In this document: positions 1 through 8,699 of the stretch, in pieces
Layout of the letters: every line of letters begins with the position of its first letter
Position numbering within the stretch: position 1 is the stretch's first letter
Assembly (NCBI GenBank): GCA_028695015.1
Contig: JAQVJR010000002.1
Span: 66,706-116,094, forward strand
Origin: Minisyncoccota bacterium
GTDB lineage: Bacteria > Patescibacteriota > Minisyncoccia > UBA6257
Direction: 5' to 3'
DNA: 49,389 bases
Notes under the pieces: model-generated
Databases searched by the model: none
Seen by the model: the letters and a program-made list of their open reading frames with translations, nothing else
What the model was told of the DNA's origin: nothing
Position numbers and translations under genes: made by a program

Positions 1-700
1 TTACCCAGGCAATAACATCTTGAAAATATTGCCATAACTCTTCAGCATTTCTATCATGCTGATGTTTTGCCATATAATCCTCAATCTTGCCATTATTAAT
101 CCATGAAAGCGCAGTTTCTAAATATTCTTGTCGAATTGGTGAACCTCTCACTAATGATCCTCCATCATTAGCTAATAAATATGCTGCGCAATTAGATTTG
201 CTAAATTTTAATTTAGCATCAGAAAGCCACGGTCCAGTATAAACTGCATTACGAATCTCTTGATCAGTTAATTTTTCTCCAGCTATATTAATAATCCTAA
301 ACCAATCTAATCGTTCTTTATCAGTCCCTTCACAAAAATAAATCATTAATTCATAATCTAAAATTTTATCCTGCTCCTCTTTAGTTAAATTATGGAAAAA
401 ACGATTATCTAATGAAAAATCTCCATTTATATATTGCCCAATGCTAATAGTTCGCTGCTGGCCATCTAAAACTTCATAACCACCATCTTCTCTAATCATC
501 CAATACATTACATTCAACGGAAAATTGTTTTTAATAGTTTCTATAACAGCATTCCGTTGTTTTTCTTTATAGACAAATTCACGCTGGTATTTAGGACGAA
601 TATTTAATTTTCCATTATATGCTGCTACACCTTCTTCAGCACTATCTTTATATCCAGCTATTACTTTCCGAATTGTGATTTTATGTAAATCAATTTTCAT
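1..700 (-). CDS. DUF262 (GmrSD N-terminal-like) restriction nuclease candidate; 3' end runs off the window; absent from the ORF track
   Basis: Manual translation from ATG at 700: MKIDLHKITIRKVIAGYKDSAEEGVAAYNGKLNIRPKYQREFVY...EVLDGQQRT...INIAGEKLT. It carries the DUF262 motifs P-x-YQR, DGQQR and N-x-x-G-x-x-L. It starts 1 nt after the methyltransferase stop. A C-terminal HNH domain is usual in this family but cannot be seen here. Confidence 0.8.
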   Translation of the reverse strand, partial: MKIDLHKITIRKVIAGYKDSAEEGVAAYNGKLNIRPKYQREFVYKEKQRNAVIETIKNNFPLNVMYWMIREDGGYEVLDGQQRTISIGQYINGDFSLDNRFFHNLTKEEQDKILDYELMIYFCEGTDKERLDWFRIINIAGEKLTDQEIRNAVYTGPWLSDAKLKFSKSNCAAYLLANDGGSLVRGSPIRQEYLETALSWINNGKIEDYMAKHQHDRNAEELWQYFQDVIAWV

Positions 701-701
701 A

Positions 702-1841
702 TTATTTTTTAATTTTTTTGTTTCTTATAACTATTCTCATGTAAGGAATTACAGGTTTATTATTATCATCATAATATCCTAAAACTGGATGGTTTTCTTT
801 AATAAATCCAGTTTGGCCAGATTTATAATAATCTTCTACGAATTTCTTGCTTAGCCCAAAAGAAGTTAGCTCCCTATATAAATTACCTTGCCCCTGCCCT
901 ATAATTTCAAATTGCTCAGGATTATATTTATTAAGAAAAGTAATTGGCACGCCCATTGCTCCTTTATAATCAACAGGGATTTCCGTCACTTTATCTACAT
1001 TTATAGCATTGTAATTATCATACTTGGGATATTCTTTAGAAGAATATTTTTTATATAAAACTAATTTTTCATGGCGCTTTATATTATCAAAATTGGTATA
1101 CCAAATACAACCCTTAACAAATAGATATTTTTCACCATTTATAATTTTTGAATTTGCTACATTTTCATTTATAGGATAATCATCAGGAACTCTAAACCAA
1201 ATATTTCTTCCATCCATTGTAACCCCTAGCCAAAGATCATTATTTTTAATTAATTTAAAAATCTCTTTATAAGTAATAGCATTTACATTACCAATTATTA
1301 AAAACTTCTTTTTGTATTCTATTAGTTGTGCAACATACTCACGAAATAATGAAAAAGGAGGATTAGTCACAACTATATCTGCTTGTTTGAGTAATTCAAT
1401 GCACTCATCACTACGAAAATCACCATTGCCCTTTAAAGGAGTAGCGATGTTTTTATCTTGCTTAAGTAAATACTTAACATCTTCAAGACTTATGGTACCA
1501 TCTTTGTTCATATCAGGTACTTTTGTAATCTCAATTTTAAGTGGCTGTTTTCCTTTTGACCCTGCTACCTGAAATAATGGTAATTGACCCCCAATAATTG
1601 GTGATCCGTTATAACTTGTAGTGATAAGCTTTTTTAATTTAAATTCATTAAAATTAGCAGCAAAATATTTAAAAAAATTACTTTCATAAGGGTCATCACA
1701 ATTACAATAAACTATTTTGCCACGAAATTGGTTTTTATAATACTTAAGCTCTTTTTCTATATCGACTAATTGTGTGTAAAACTCATCCTTTTTCGCTTTG
1801 CTAGCTTTATGCAAGTTTTTATTTGTAGTTTTTCTTTTCAT
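702..1841 (-). CDS. Adenine-specific DNA methyltransferase, EcoRI family
   Basis: Family-typical N-terminus (KKDEFYTQLVDIEKEL, VYCNCDDP) and catalytic VVTNPPFSLFREY (NPPF) motif. Confidence 0.88.
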   Translation of the reverse strand: MKRKTTNKNLHKASKAKKDEFYTQLVDIEKELKYYKNQFRGKIVYCNCDDPYESNFFKYFAANFNEFKLKKLITTSYNGSPIIGGQLPLFQVAGSKGKQPLKIEITKVPDMNKDGTISLEDVKYLLKQDKNIATPLKGNGDFRSDECIELLKQADIVVTNPPFSLFREYVAQLIEYKKKFLIIGNVNAITYKEIFKLIKNNDLWLGVTMDGRNIWFRVPDDYPINENVANSKIINGEKYLFVKGCIWYTNFDNIKRHEKLVLYKKYSSKEYPKYDNYNAINVDKVTEIPVDYKGAMGVPITFLNKYNPEQFEIIGQGQGNLYRELTSFGLSKKFVEDYYKSGQTGFIKENHPVLGYYDDNNKPVIPYMRIVIRNKKIKK

Positions 1842-2144
1842 ATTTATTCTATTGTTTATAACATCATTTTAGCAAAAAATGCCCAGTGGGGCATTTATCC
1901 AAATATTCAATTTATTTCAAATAATGAGTAGCATTAAAACTATTATATAATAATAAAATCAATATGTCCATATATTGAATTTAGAAAAAGATAATAATTA
2001 AATAGCTTTTGTCTTATTTTTTCATTCTTTATTAATTATTTTCTATGATCCAAGTAAAAAAATTTAGTTTTTTAGGGTATAACTATATACCATGTTTCTC
2101 TAATTCATGATAGAATACCAAATAGCTATTCTGTATTTTTATCA

Positions 2145-2150
2145 TATAAT
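2145..2150 (+). promoter_or_regulatory. Putative -10 box (TATAAT) for the GH26 gene
   Basis: TATAAT 18 nt upstream of the ATG at 2169; no clear -35. The background is AT-rich. Confidence 0.35.
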
Positions 2151-2168
2151 AAGAGTATTCCAAAAATC

Positions 2169-3293
2169 ATGAATTTCACAAAAACAATCTTTTCTTTCTT
2201 AATTCTTGTTTTAATAACAACAGGAATGGTTTTTTTATTAAATAATTCTATGAATACATATAGAACTTATTCATATTTAGCAAATAATGAAATAGAAGAA
2301 AAAAATAATCTAATACTATTACCATCAGAAAATGGACTATATTTAGGAGCTTTTGCTGATTTTGGACCACATGAAAATGAAGTCACTGAAGAAAAAATAA
2401 ATGATTTTCAAGAATTAATTGGGAAAAAGATAACCTGGGCTTATTTCTCAGATAATTGGTTTGAGGGAATAAATTTTCCAAAAGAACAAGTAGAGATTTT
2501 ACAAGAACTTAATATTATCCCTTATATCCGCTTAATGCCCAGAACAAACTTTAGCAATCAACCTGAGGAACAAAAATATACATTAGAAAGTATTATTAAT
2601 AGTGACTTTGATTTAGAAATAGAAAATTGGGCTAAAATGGCTAAGCAAACCAATATTCCTTTAATTTTAGAATTTGGCACAGAAGTAAATGGAGATTGGT
2701 TTCCCTGGAATGGTAGATGGAATGGACAAGGTCAAACAGATCCTTATGGAGATCCAACATTACCTGATGGACCAGAGAAATTCATTGATGCTTATCAACA
2801 TATAATAGATATTTTTCATAATCTAGAAGTAAATAATATAACCTGGGTCTATCATATCAACACTCTCAGTCAACCAAAAGAACCTTGGAATGATATTATG
2901 TCTTATTATCCAGGGGATTCATATATAGATTGGATAGGAGTTAGTGTTTATGGAGCTCAAAATCTTAATGAAAAATGGATAGAATTCAATGATTTATTTG
3001 ATAAAACATATGAAAAAATAACCAAAACCACTAATAAACCTATTGCTATTGTTGAATTTGGAGCAGCAGAACAAAATGAACAAAATAAAAAAGCCGAATG
3101 GCTTAATAAATCATTATCTCTTATTTGTGAAAACAATTATCCTAATCTTAAAGGATTATCTTTCTGGCATTCTTCTTGGGTAAATAAAGATGGAACAAAA
3201 TCAAATCTTTTTATTGATTCTTCTCCAAAAGCCTTAGAAGCATTAAGAGAATTCTCTTCTAGTGATTGTTTTACCTCTGATCCAGCATTCTAA
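2169..3293 (+). CDS. Membrane-anchored glycoside hydrolase family 26 (beta-mannanase-like)
   Basis: N-terminal hydrophobic anchor; acid/base region EFGTEVNGDWFPW (GH26 E-x-NG-x-W); YYPGDSYIDWIGVSVY; nucleophile region IVEFG. Confidence 0.8.
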   Translation: MNFTKTIFSFLILVLITTGMVFLLNNSMNTYRTYSYLANNEIEEKNNLILLPSENGLYLGAFADFGPHENEVTEEKINDFQELIGKKITWAYFSDNWFEGINFPKEQVEILQELNIIPYIRLMPRTNFSNQPEEQKYTLESIINSDFDLEIENWAKMAKQTNIPLILEFGTEVNGDWFPWNGRWNGQGQTDPYGDPTLPDGPEKFIDAYQHIIDIFHNLEVNNITWVYHINTLSQPKEPWNDIMSYYPGDSYIDWIGVSVYGAQNLNEKWIEFNDLFDKTYEKITKTTNKPIAIVEFGAAEQNEQNKKAEWLNKSLSLICENNYPNLKGLSFWHSSWVNKDGTKSNLFIDSSPKALEALREFSSSDCFTSDPAF

Positions 3294-4399
3294 TCCTTGT
3301 AATTATTAATTGCCTTTATTATTCTTTGTGAAGCCTTGCCGTCACCAAAAGGATTTTTCCAATTTCTCTTTGAATTAAGCATTCTATTAACTGCTTTCAT
3401 AATATCCTTGGGATTATTTCCTGCTAGGATATTAGCTTTCACAGAAACACTTTCTGGTCTTTCTGTATTATATCTTAAAGTAACACAAGGAACTTTTAAA
3501 ATACAAGCTTCCTCTTGAATACCTCCAGAATCAGTTATTATTAATTTACTTTTTGATTGAAGAATTAACATATCAAAAAACCCAACTGGCTCTATTAATA
3601 TTAAATCTTTTATCTTTTTAAGACGATTAGATAAGTTAAAATGCTCAATCTGTTTTTTAGTTCTTGGGTGAATAGGCCAAATTATTGGCATTTTGTATTT
3701 TAAAGAGATTCCTCCTAAAGCATCTATAATATTAGATAAATTTAATTTTGAATCTGTATTATCAGGACGATGGACTGTTGTTAATATAAAATCTTTTTTC
3801 TCTATCTTAAGTTTTTTAAGAATTTTTGACTTTTTCTGAGCAATTTTCAAACTTTGAAATAAAGCATCAACTACAGTATTTCCTGTGACAAAAATCTTAG
3901 ATTTCTCAATTCCTTCTTTTAATAAATTCTTTTTAGCATTAATAGTTGGTGCAAAATGTAAAGTAGCAACAGAACCTGTTAAAACACGGTTAACCTCTTC
4001 TGGCATTGTTCGGTCATAACTTCTTAATCCTGCTTCTATATGAGCTATGGGTATTTGTAATTTTGCAGCTACCAAGGCTCCAGCTAGTACAGAATTAGTA
4101 TCACCCTGAACCAAAACAAATCGAGGTTTTTTTCTCATTAATATCTTCTCAATCCCTTCCATCATTTTTAAGGCTTGAGCTACATGAGTGCCAGATCCAG
4201 TATGTAAATTATAATCTAAAGCAGGAAGATTTAATTCTTTCCAAAAAATAGCATCCATATTTTTAGAATAATGTTGCCCAGTATGTAAGGTAATAAAAGG
4301 TGTTTTTGTTCGAACACATTCTCTAATCACTGAAGAGATTTTTATTATCTCTGGTCGAGTACCAAAGACAAAACATATTGGTTTAATTTGTTTTTTCAT
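3290..4399 (-). CDS. wecB: UDP-N-acetylglucosamine 2-epimerase (non-hydrolysing)
   Basis: FGTRPEIIK, HTGQHY, VQGDT, HIEAGLRS, PEEVNR, TDSGGIQEEA and TERPE motifs. Confidence 0.95.
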   Translation of the reverse strand: MKKQIKPICFVFGTRPEIIKISSVIRECVRTKTPFITLHTGQHYSKNMDAIFWKELNLPALDYNLHTGSGTHVAQALKMMEGIEKILMRKKPRFVLVQGDTNSVLAGALVAAKLQIPIAHIEAGLRSYDRTMPEEVNRVLTGSVATLHFAPTINAKKNLLKEGIEKSKIFVTGNTVVDALFQSLKIAQKKSKILKKLKIEKKDFILTTVHRPDNTDSKLNLSNIIDALGGISLKYKMPIIWPIHPRTKKQIEHFNLSNRLKKIKDLILIEPVGFFDMLILQSKSKLIITDSGGIQEEACILKVPCVTLRYNTERPESVSVKANILAGNNPKDIMKAVNRMLNSKRNWKNPFGDGKASQRIIKAINNYKD

Positions 4400-4416
4400 A
4401 GAAATTAATTTAAGAT

Positions 4417-7317
4417 TTATGCTTCCATGGCTATTTCAGCTGTCCGTTCTGTCTTATACCACATTTGATTACTTGAACGGAAAATTGAATTAAAAATTGC
4501 TTCAATCCTAGGAATGGCTTGCACAATAATAAATATAGGAATAAATAAGAATAATTTTATTGATTGCAATAAATTATCTTTCAATTTTAAGTTAGGATCA
4601 ATATAGCTTGAAAGGCTTCTATAAATAAACCCATAAGTATCCCAAATTAAAAAAGACATAATAAAAAGAATGATTGATAGGAAGCCAAAAAAAGGACTTA
4701 AATATATAAAAGCACCAACATACATAAAATAAATTGATAAAATTGGTAATCCAACATCAAATAAGAATCTAAATTGAGATATAAATATCTTACTATAAAA
4801 ATAGAATTTACTTGAACAAGGTAAAGAAGATCTATGTACTTGACTAAGAAGATCAAGATGACCTCGAACCCATCTTTCCCTTTGTCTTCGATAAATTGAG
4901 AAATTAGCGGGTGTTTGTTCTAATTCTGGAGAATTTAACCATTCCCCTACTGTTCCATCTAAAAGATATAAGCGAAGAGCAAGTTCTGCATCCTCAACCA
5001 AAGCATTTTGATTCCATCCCCCAGCCTTAATAATACTCATTCTATCTATAAAATAATTTGTCCCTGCTAAAAATTGTAAAGCATTCTTTTTCATTAAACG
5101 AGTAGGTAACTCAGTTAAATGATGCAAGGCAAGTTCTAAGCCAGCAGCCACCCCAATAATAGAAACATTTTTAAAATTATTTACCTGAAAAACAGGTCCT
5201 TGCAAAACCTTACTATTCCATTGCAATCGTTTCATTGCCACTTCTTTTAATACATTTGGGTGCAAGCGACCATCAGCATCTAAAATCCCAATCATATCAA
5301 TGCTATCTTTTTCTATCTTTTGTAAGCAATAATTTAAAGCCCGACCTTTTGTAGACCTAGCATATGATTTTGTATTGTCTTGGAAAACCCCACTATACCA
5401 TTTAGGAACCTCAATAACCTTTATGAATTTTTGATTGTATTCAAGATGTAATTTTTGTAAAGTCTCTTGAGCTACTTCTTTAGTTATTCTTTCTACTTTA
5501 TCTTCTAATTCTCGCTCATCAACTATTATATAGACTTTAAATTTATCTTTTGGATAATCAATTTTAGATATTCGTTTTAATGTATTAGCAATCACTAATC
5601 CTTCATTTCTAGCTGGAATAAATATTCCTAATTTAGGTAAAGGAACATTTTTTAGTTTAGCAAAATCCTCAAGTTGCTCTAATGATAAATCATATTTATT
5701 TATCATGTTTAGATGTTTTCTAACCTTCATCACGTTTCTAATATAGATAATACTCCCACCAATAAAAGAGAAGAATAAGAAATAAAGAGTAATATCTCCA
5801 AAATCTATTCCCTTAGTAATTCCTGTCACCGGGTGAATAACTGATACCTCTTCAACCTTTTCTAGCAAATCATATACAGAAACAAATTCAAAACCATAAT
5901 CTTCTACTAATGTTGTATACATTTTCAATTCACGAATATCACGCCAAGGATGCCAGAAGAAAGAAGCTATTGGATCTTCAAATGTATTTAATTGTTCAAG
6001 CAATGCTTTCTTGTCTTCTAATTCATCAATCCCAGATTCTATAAAACCAAGGTTTTCTGGCATAAAAATAGTTTTATCAACACTGATTGCAAAAGGAAGA
6101 GAACCAATATGTGCTATATGTTCATATCGGATAGGATAATTATCATTAAAAATACCATCGTCAATATCGCTCTGAGCGTAATGAGGTGTTTCCCAAATAT
6201 CCGGCTCTATTAAACCAGATTGAACCATTAATTTCCGAGCTTCTAAAATTCTTTGTTGAACAAACTCCACAGAATCCTCAGCTAAAGGTTCTTCTGTTTC
6301 AGGATTCCAAAACTCATAATCAATACCACTAACCCCATCTCCTGTTTGATGTGTATAGCCATGCTGAACTAAATACCCATGTTCATGATATATGATCTGT
6401 TTCAAGGTATTAAGGAATTTTTTAGACGAACTAACATCTAAATCAATCCCTTCTTTTGGATTAAGATATCTTGCAATCAAAGCAATATGAAAAGGAATAT
6501 TTTCTTTTTTAAGATATTGATAAGCCCTAATTAATTTTCTTGGATTTCTATATGTATGCGCATTAACATCCTCTAAGCGAACTAATGCGTAATTTTTCTC
6601 ATTCTCATGATGTCCAAGAAGATAATGAAAAGTATCTAAGAAAGGCAATGTATAGGAATATATTTCATAATAATTAGGTAAACTAAAAGGCATTAATATA
6701 TTCCTTTCATTATAGATACTGATTAAGGGCAAAACCGTGCCATCTTTTTTAGTATAGGTTGCTAAGGTTTGAAACTTTTCCTGTTCCTTAGGCAAAGATC
6801 CAAAAACAGCAAAAGATTTATCTATATCAAAATCTACATCTTTGTAAGTTATATGACTTATAGATTCATGATTTATATTTTCTGAAAATATTTGCCCAAC
6901 TCCCCAGCCAATCCATATAGTTTTTATATCAGGTTTTTCTGTAATCTTAAAAAAATAATCTATTGCCTCTTTTTCACGATTCAATTCAATCAAGATATAA
7001 TATGAATAATTATTTAAATTCATATTTCTTGCTTCTTTATAATCCTTAACCTGAATATTAACATTCCAGTGAGATTCTAATATTTTGACAAGGTTATTTA
7101 TGTCCTGAAGATAACCTTTAAGCACAGCAGAATCCTTTTCTGGTATTGAATAAATTAAAATAGCAGAGCGCATTACATCTGCCTCACTTGAATGTTTTTT
7201 AATTACATAAGGGTTTTCTCCATTATAAGCAACCACTGATCTTCCTGTAGCCATTAATAAAACAAGTAAAATCAGAGAAAACAAAACAACATTTTTCCAG
7301 AAATTCTTACTAAACAT
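4417..7317 (-). CDS. Fusion of a DUF2334 (YdaL-like) polysaccharide deacetylase domain and a processive GT2 glycosyltransferase
   Basis: Signal/TM at the N-terminus; RLEDV, QHGYTH, WETPHY and FFWHPW (DUF2334/NodB-like); central TM helix; GT2 motifs IPARNE, KGRALN, DADG, LVED and RQRERW (QxxRW); C-terminal TM helices ending WYKTER. Confidence 0.85.
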   Translation of the reverse strand: MFSKNFWKNVVLFSLILLVLLMATGRSVVAYNGENPYVIKKHSSEADVMRSAILIYSIPEKDSAVLKGYLQDINNLVKILESHWNVNIQVKDYKEARNMNLNNYSYYILIELNREKEAIDYFFKITEKPDIKTIWIGWGVGQIFSENINHESISHITYKDVDFDIDKSFAVFGSLPKEQEKFQTLATYTKKDGTVLPLISIYNERNILMPFSLPNYYEIYSYTLPFLDTFHYLLGHHENEKNYALVRLEDVNAHTYRNPRKLIRAYQYLKKENIPFHIALIARYLNPKEGIDLDVSSSKKFLNTLKQIIYHEHGYLVQHGYTHQTGDGVSGIDYEFWNPETEEPLAEDSVEFVQQRILEARKLMVQSGLIEPDIWETPHYAQSDIDDGIFNDNYPIRYEHIAHIGSLPFAISVDKTIFMPENLGFIESGIDELEDKKALLEQLNTFEDPIASFFWHPWRDIRELKMYTTLVEDYGFEFVSVYDLLEKVEEVSVIHPVTGITKGIDFGDITLYFLFFSFIGGSIIYIRNVMKVRKHLNMINKYDLSLEQLEDFAKLKNVPLPKLGIFIPARNEGLVIANTLKRISKIDYPKDKFKVYIIVDERELEDKVERITKEVAQETLQKLHLEYNQKFIKVIEVPKWYSGVFQDNTKSYARSTKGRALNYCLQKIEKDSIDMIGILDADGRLHPNVLKEVAMKRLQWNSKVLQGPVFQVNNFKNVSIIGVAAGLELALHHLTELPTRLMKKNALQFLAGTNYFIDRMSIIKAGGWNQNALVEDAELALRLYLLDGTVGEWLNSPELEQTPANFSIYRRQRERWVRGHLDLLSQVHRSSLPCSSKFYFYSKIFISQFRFLFDVGLPILSIYFMYVGAFIYLSPFFGFLSIILFIMSFLIWDTYGFIYRSLSSYIDPNLKLKDNLLQSIKLFLFIPIFIIVQAIPRIEAIFNSIFRSSNQMWYKTERTAEIAMEA

Positions 7318-7418
7318 ATCTATTCTTTTAACTAATAAAATAAGTATTAGTTTTATCTCTTTAAAACCAATACTTGGGTTTAAGTATTGAAAATAAAATA
7401 TTACTGGTTAGGCATGTT

Positions 7419-7447
7419 ATTATACATGTTTGTTAATAATTTGTCAA
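7419..7447 (-). promoter_or_regulatory. Consensus sigma70 promoter for the synthase-wecB unit
   Basis: Minus strand reads TTGACA (7447-7442), a 17-nt spacer, then TATAAT (7424-7419), about 100 nt upstream of the start at 7317. Confidence 0.8.
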
Positions 7448-7566
7448 TATTGACATGGACTTATTTAAAAAAGCTTTAATCAATAAAAACCTTTGAAATT
7501 CTTTTAAAGCATGCTCTAATTTTTCTCCTCCCTGACTCACATAATAGATCAACAGTTGAAGATAAT

Positions 7567-7849
7567 ATGGTGCTTTCTGACCATACTTCAAAATGGAATA
7601 TGGATATCTATTTGCCAGTAGATAAAGAGATCCCCCGTTTAAGAAATACTGTGCTTTCTGGAAAATTCTTCAGTAAGGTATATGAAGGTGATTTAAAAGA
7701 AACAGGAAAATGGTGTAAGGATTTTGAAGAAAATACTAATAGTAAAGGAATGGGTATAAAAAAAATGGTATATGTGGTATACTACTTATCCTAAATGCGC
7801 TAAGGAATATGGCAAGAATTATGTAGTAATCATTGGAGAAGTAAGATAA
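7567..7849 (+). pseudogene. Truncated, frameshifted remnant of a small putative hydrolase/GyrI-like family gene
   Basis: The ORF reads ...GKFFSKVYEGD..., then a frameshift at the A8 tract near 7759-7766 restores YMWYTT(Y)PKCAKEYGKNYVVI to a stop at 7847-7849. The N-terminal half is missing. Family recognised from memory, not from a search. Confidence 0.6.
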
Positions 7850-7895
7850 CAATTATTAAAAGGATTTTATAAGTACAAAAAAACTATGATTTAAT

Positions 7896-7924
7896 AAAAA
7901 CAGAGACCAAAAGTCTCTGTTTTT
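7896..7924. terminator. Bidirectional intrinsic terminator
   Basis: Perfect 12-bp stem AAAAACAGAGAC-caaaa-GTCTCTGTTTTT with a T/A tract on both sides, between the remnant (+) and tRNA-Asn (-). Confidence 0.8.
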
Positions 7925-7931
7925 TTATAAG

Positions 7932-8003
7932 CTCCGCGGGTAGGATTCGAACCTACAACCATCACGTTAACAGCGTGCCGCTCTACCATTGAGCTACCGC
8001 GGA
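7932..8003 (-). tRNA. tRNA-Asn(GTT); CCA not encoded
   Basis: Acceptor TCCGCGG/CCGCGGA, D arm AGCTCAATGGTAGAGC, anticodon loop CTGTTAA, T arm GGTTCGAATCC. Confidence 0.97.
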
Positions 8004-8032
8004 ATAAATAAATTATACTATGGTTTTAGCCT

Positions 8033-8599
8033 TTAATCAAATAGATTATTAGTTTTTGCTATCTTTGGTCCTTGCGATTTAGAATAAAGGGACTTTTTCC
8101 GTTTGTTATAAGGAACTAATGCTGGAGAAGATAATTTTTCTACTGCTATTTGACAAATATACATATCTGCATACAAGGCTACTGGAAGATTAGATTGATT
8201 ACTGATTTCTAAAGTTAAAGTTCCTTCAAATCCTGGATCAACAAAACCTGCTGTATGAACTAAAATCCCCATCCTAGCTAAGGTGCTTTTACCTTCAACT
8301 TTCAAAACTATATCATCAGGCACTTTAATGTATTCTTTAGTGCTCGCTAAAACAAAATCATTTGGATGAAGGATAAATGGTTCTTTGGGCTTTACCTTTA
8401 GGGTAATAATAAAATCCTTATCTGGTAATTCTTTTTTTGTATCTAGGATACATTGTTTAGAAATATTGAATTTTTTAAAAATTGGTCCTAATTTTAAATC
8501 AATTGAAGCTGGTCCTATTTGCTTAGGATTTAATTTAGGTTTAAAGACAAGCTGATTGTTTTTAATTACTTTTTGTATGTCTCTATCTGATAAAATCAT
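8033..8599 (-). CDS. dcd: dCTP deaminase
   Basis: MILSDRDI, GPASIDLKLG, EGKSTLARMG, AGFVDPGFEGTLTLE. Confidence 0.93.
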   Translation of the reverse strand: MILSDRDIQKVIKNNQLVFKPKLNPKQIGPASIDLKLGPIFKKFNISKQCILDTKKELPDKDFIITLKVKPKEPFILHPNDFVLASTKEYIKVPDDIVLKVEGKSTLARMGILVHTAGFVDPGFEGTLTLEISNQSNLPVALYADMYICQIAVEKLSSPALVPYNKRKKSLYSKSQGPKIAKTNNLFD

Positions 8600-8619
8600 A
8601 ATGCTAAATGATTAATAAG

Positions 8620-8690
8620 CTGCCGGGCAGGGATTCGAACCCCAATTTCCACGTCCAGAGCGTGGCGTGCTACCATTACACCACCCGGCA
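8620..8690 (-). tRNA. tRNA-Gln(CTG); CCA not encoded
   Basis: Acceptor TGCCGGG/CCCGGCA (U1-A72, typical of Gln), anticodon loop CTCTGGA, T arm GGTTCGAATCC. Confidence 0.95.
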
Positions 8691-8699
8691 ATAGATTAG

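Noticed and set aside
1877-1896. Hairpin AAATGCCC-agtg-GGGCATTT upstream of the methyltransferase
   Set aside because: Could be a terminator or operator, but there is no long U tract and no second copy; function cannot be assigned.
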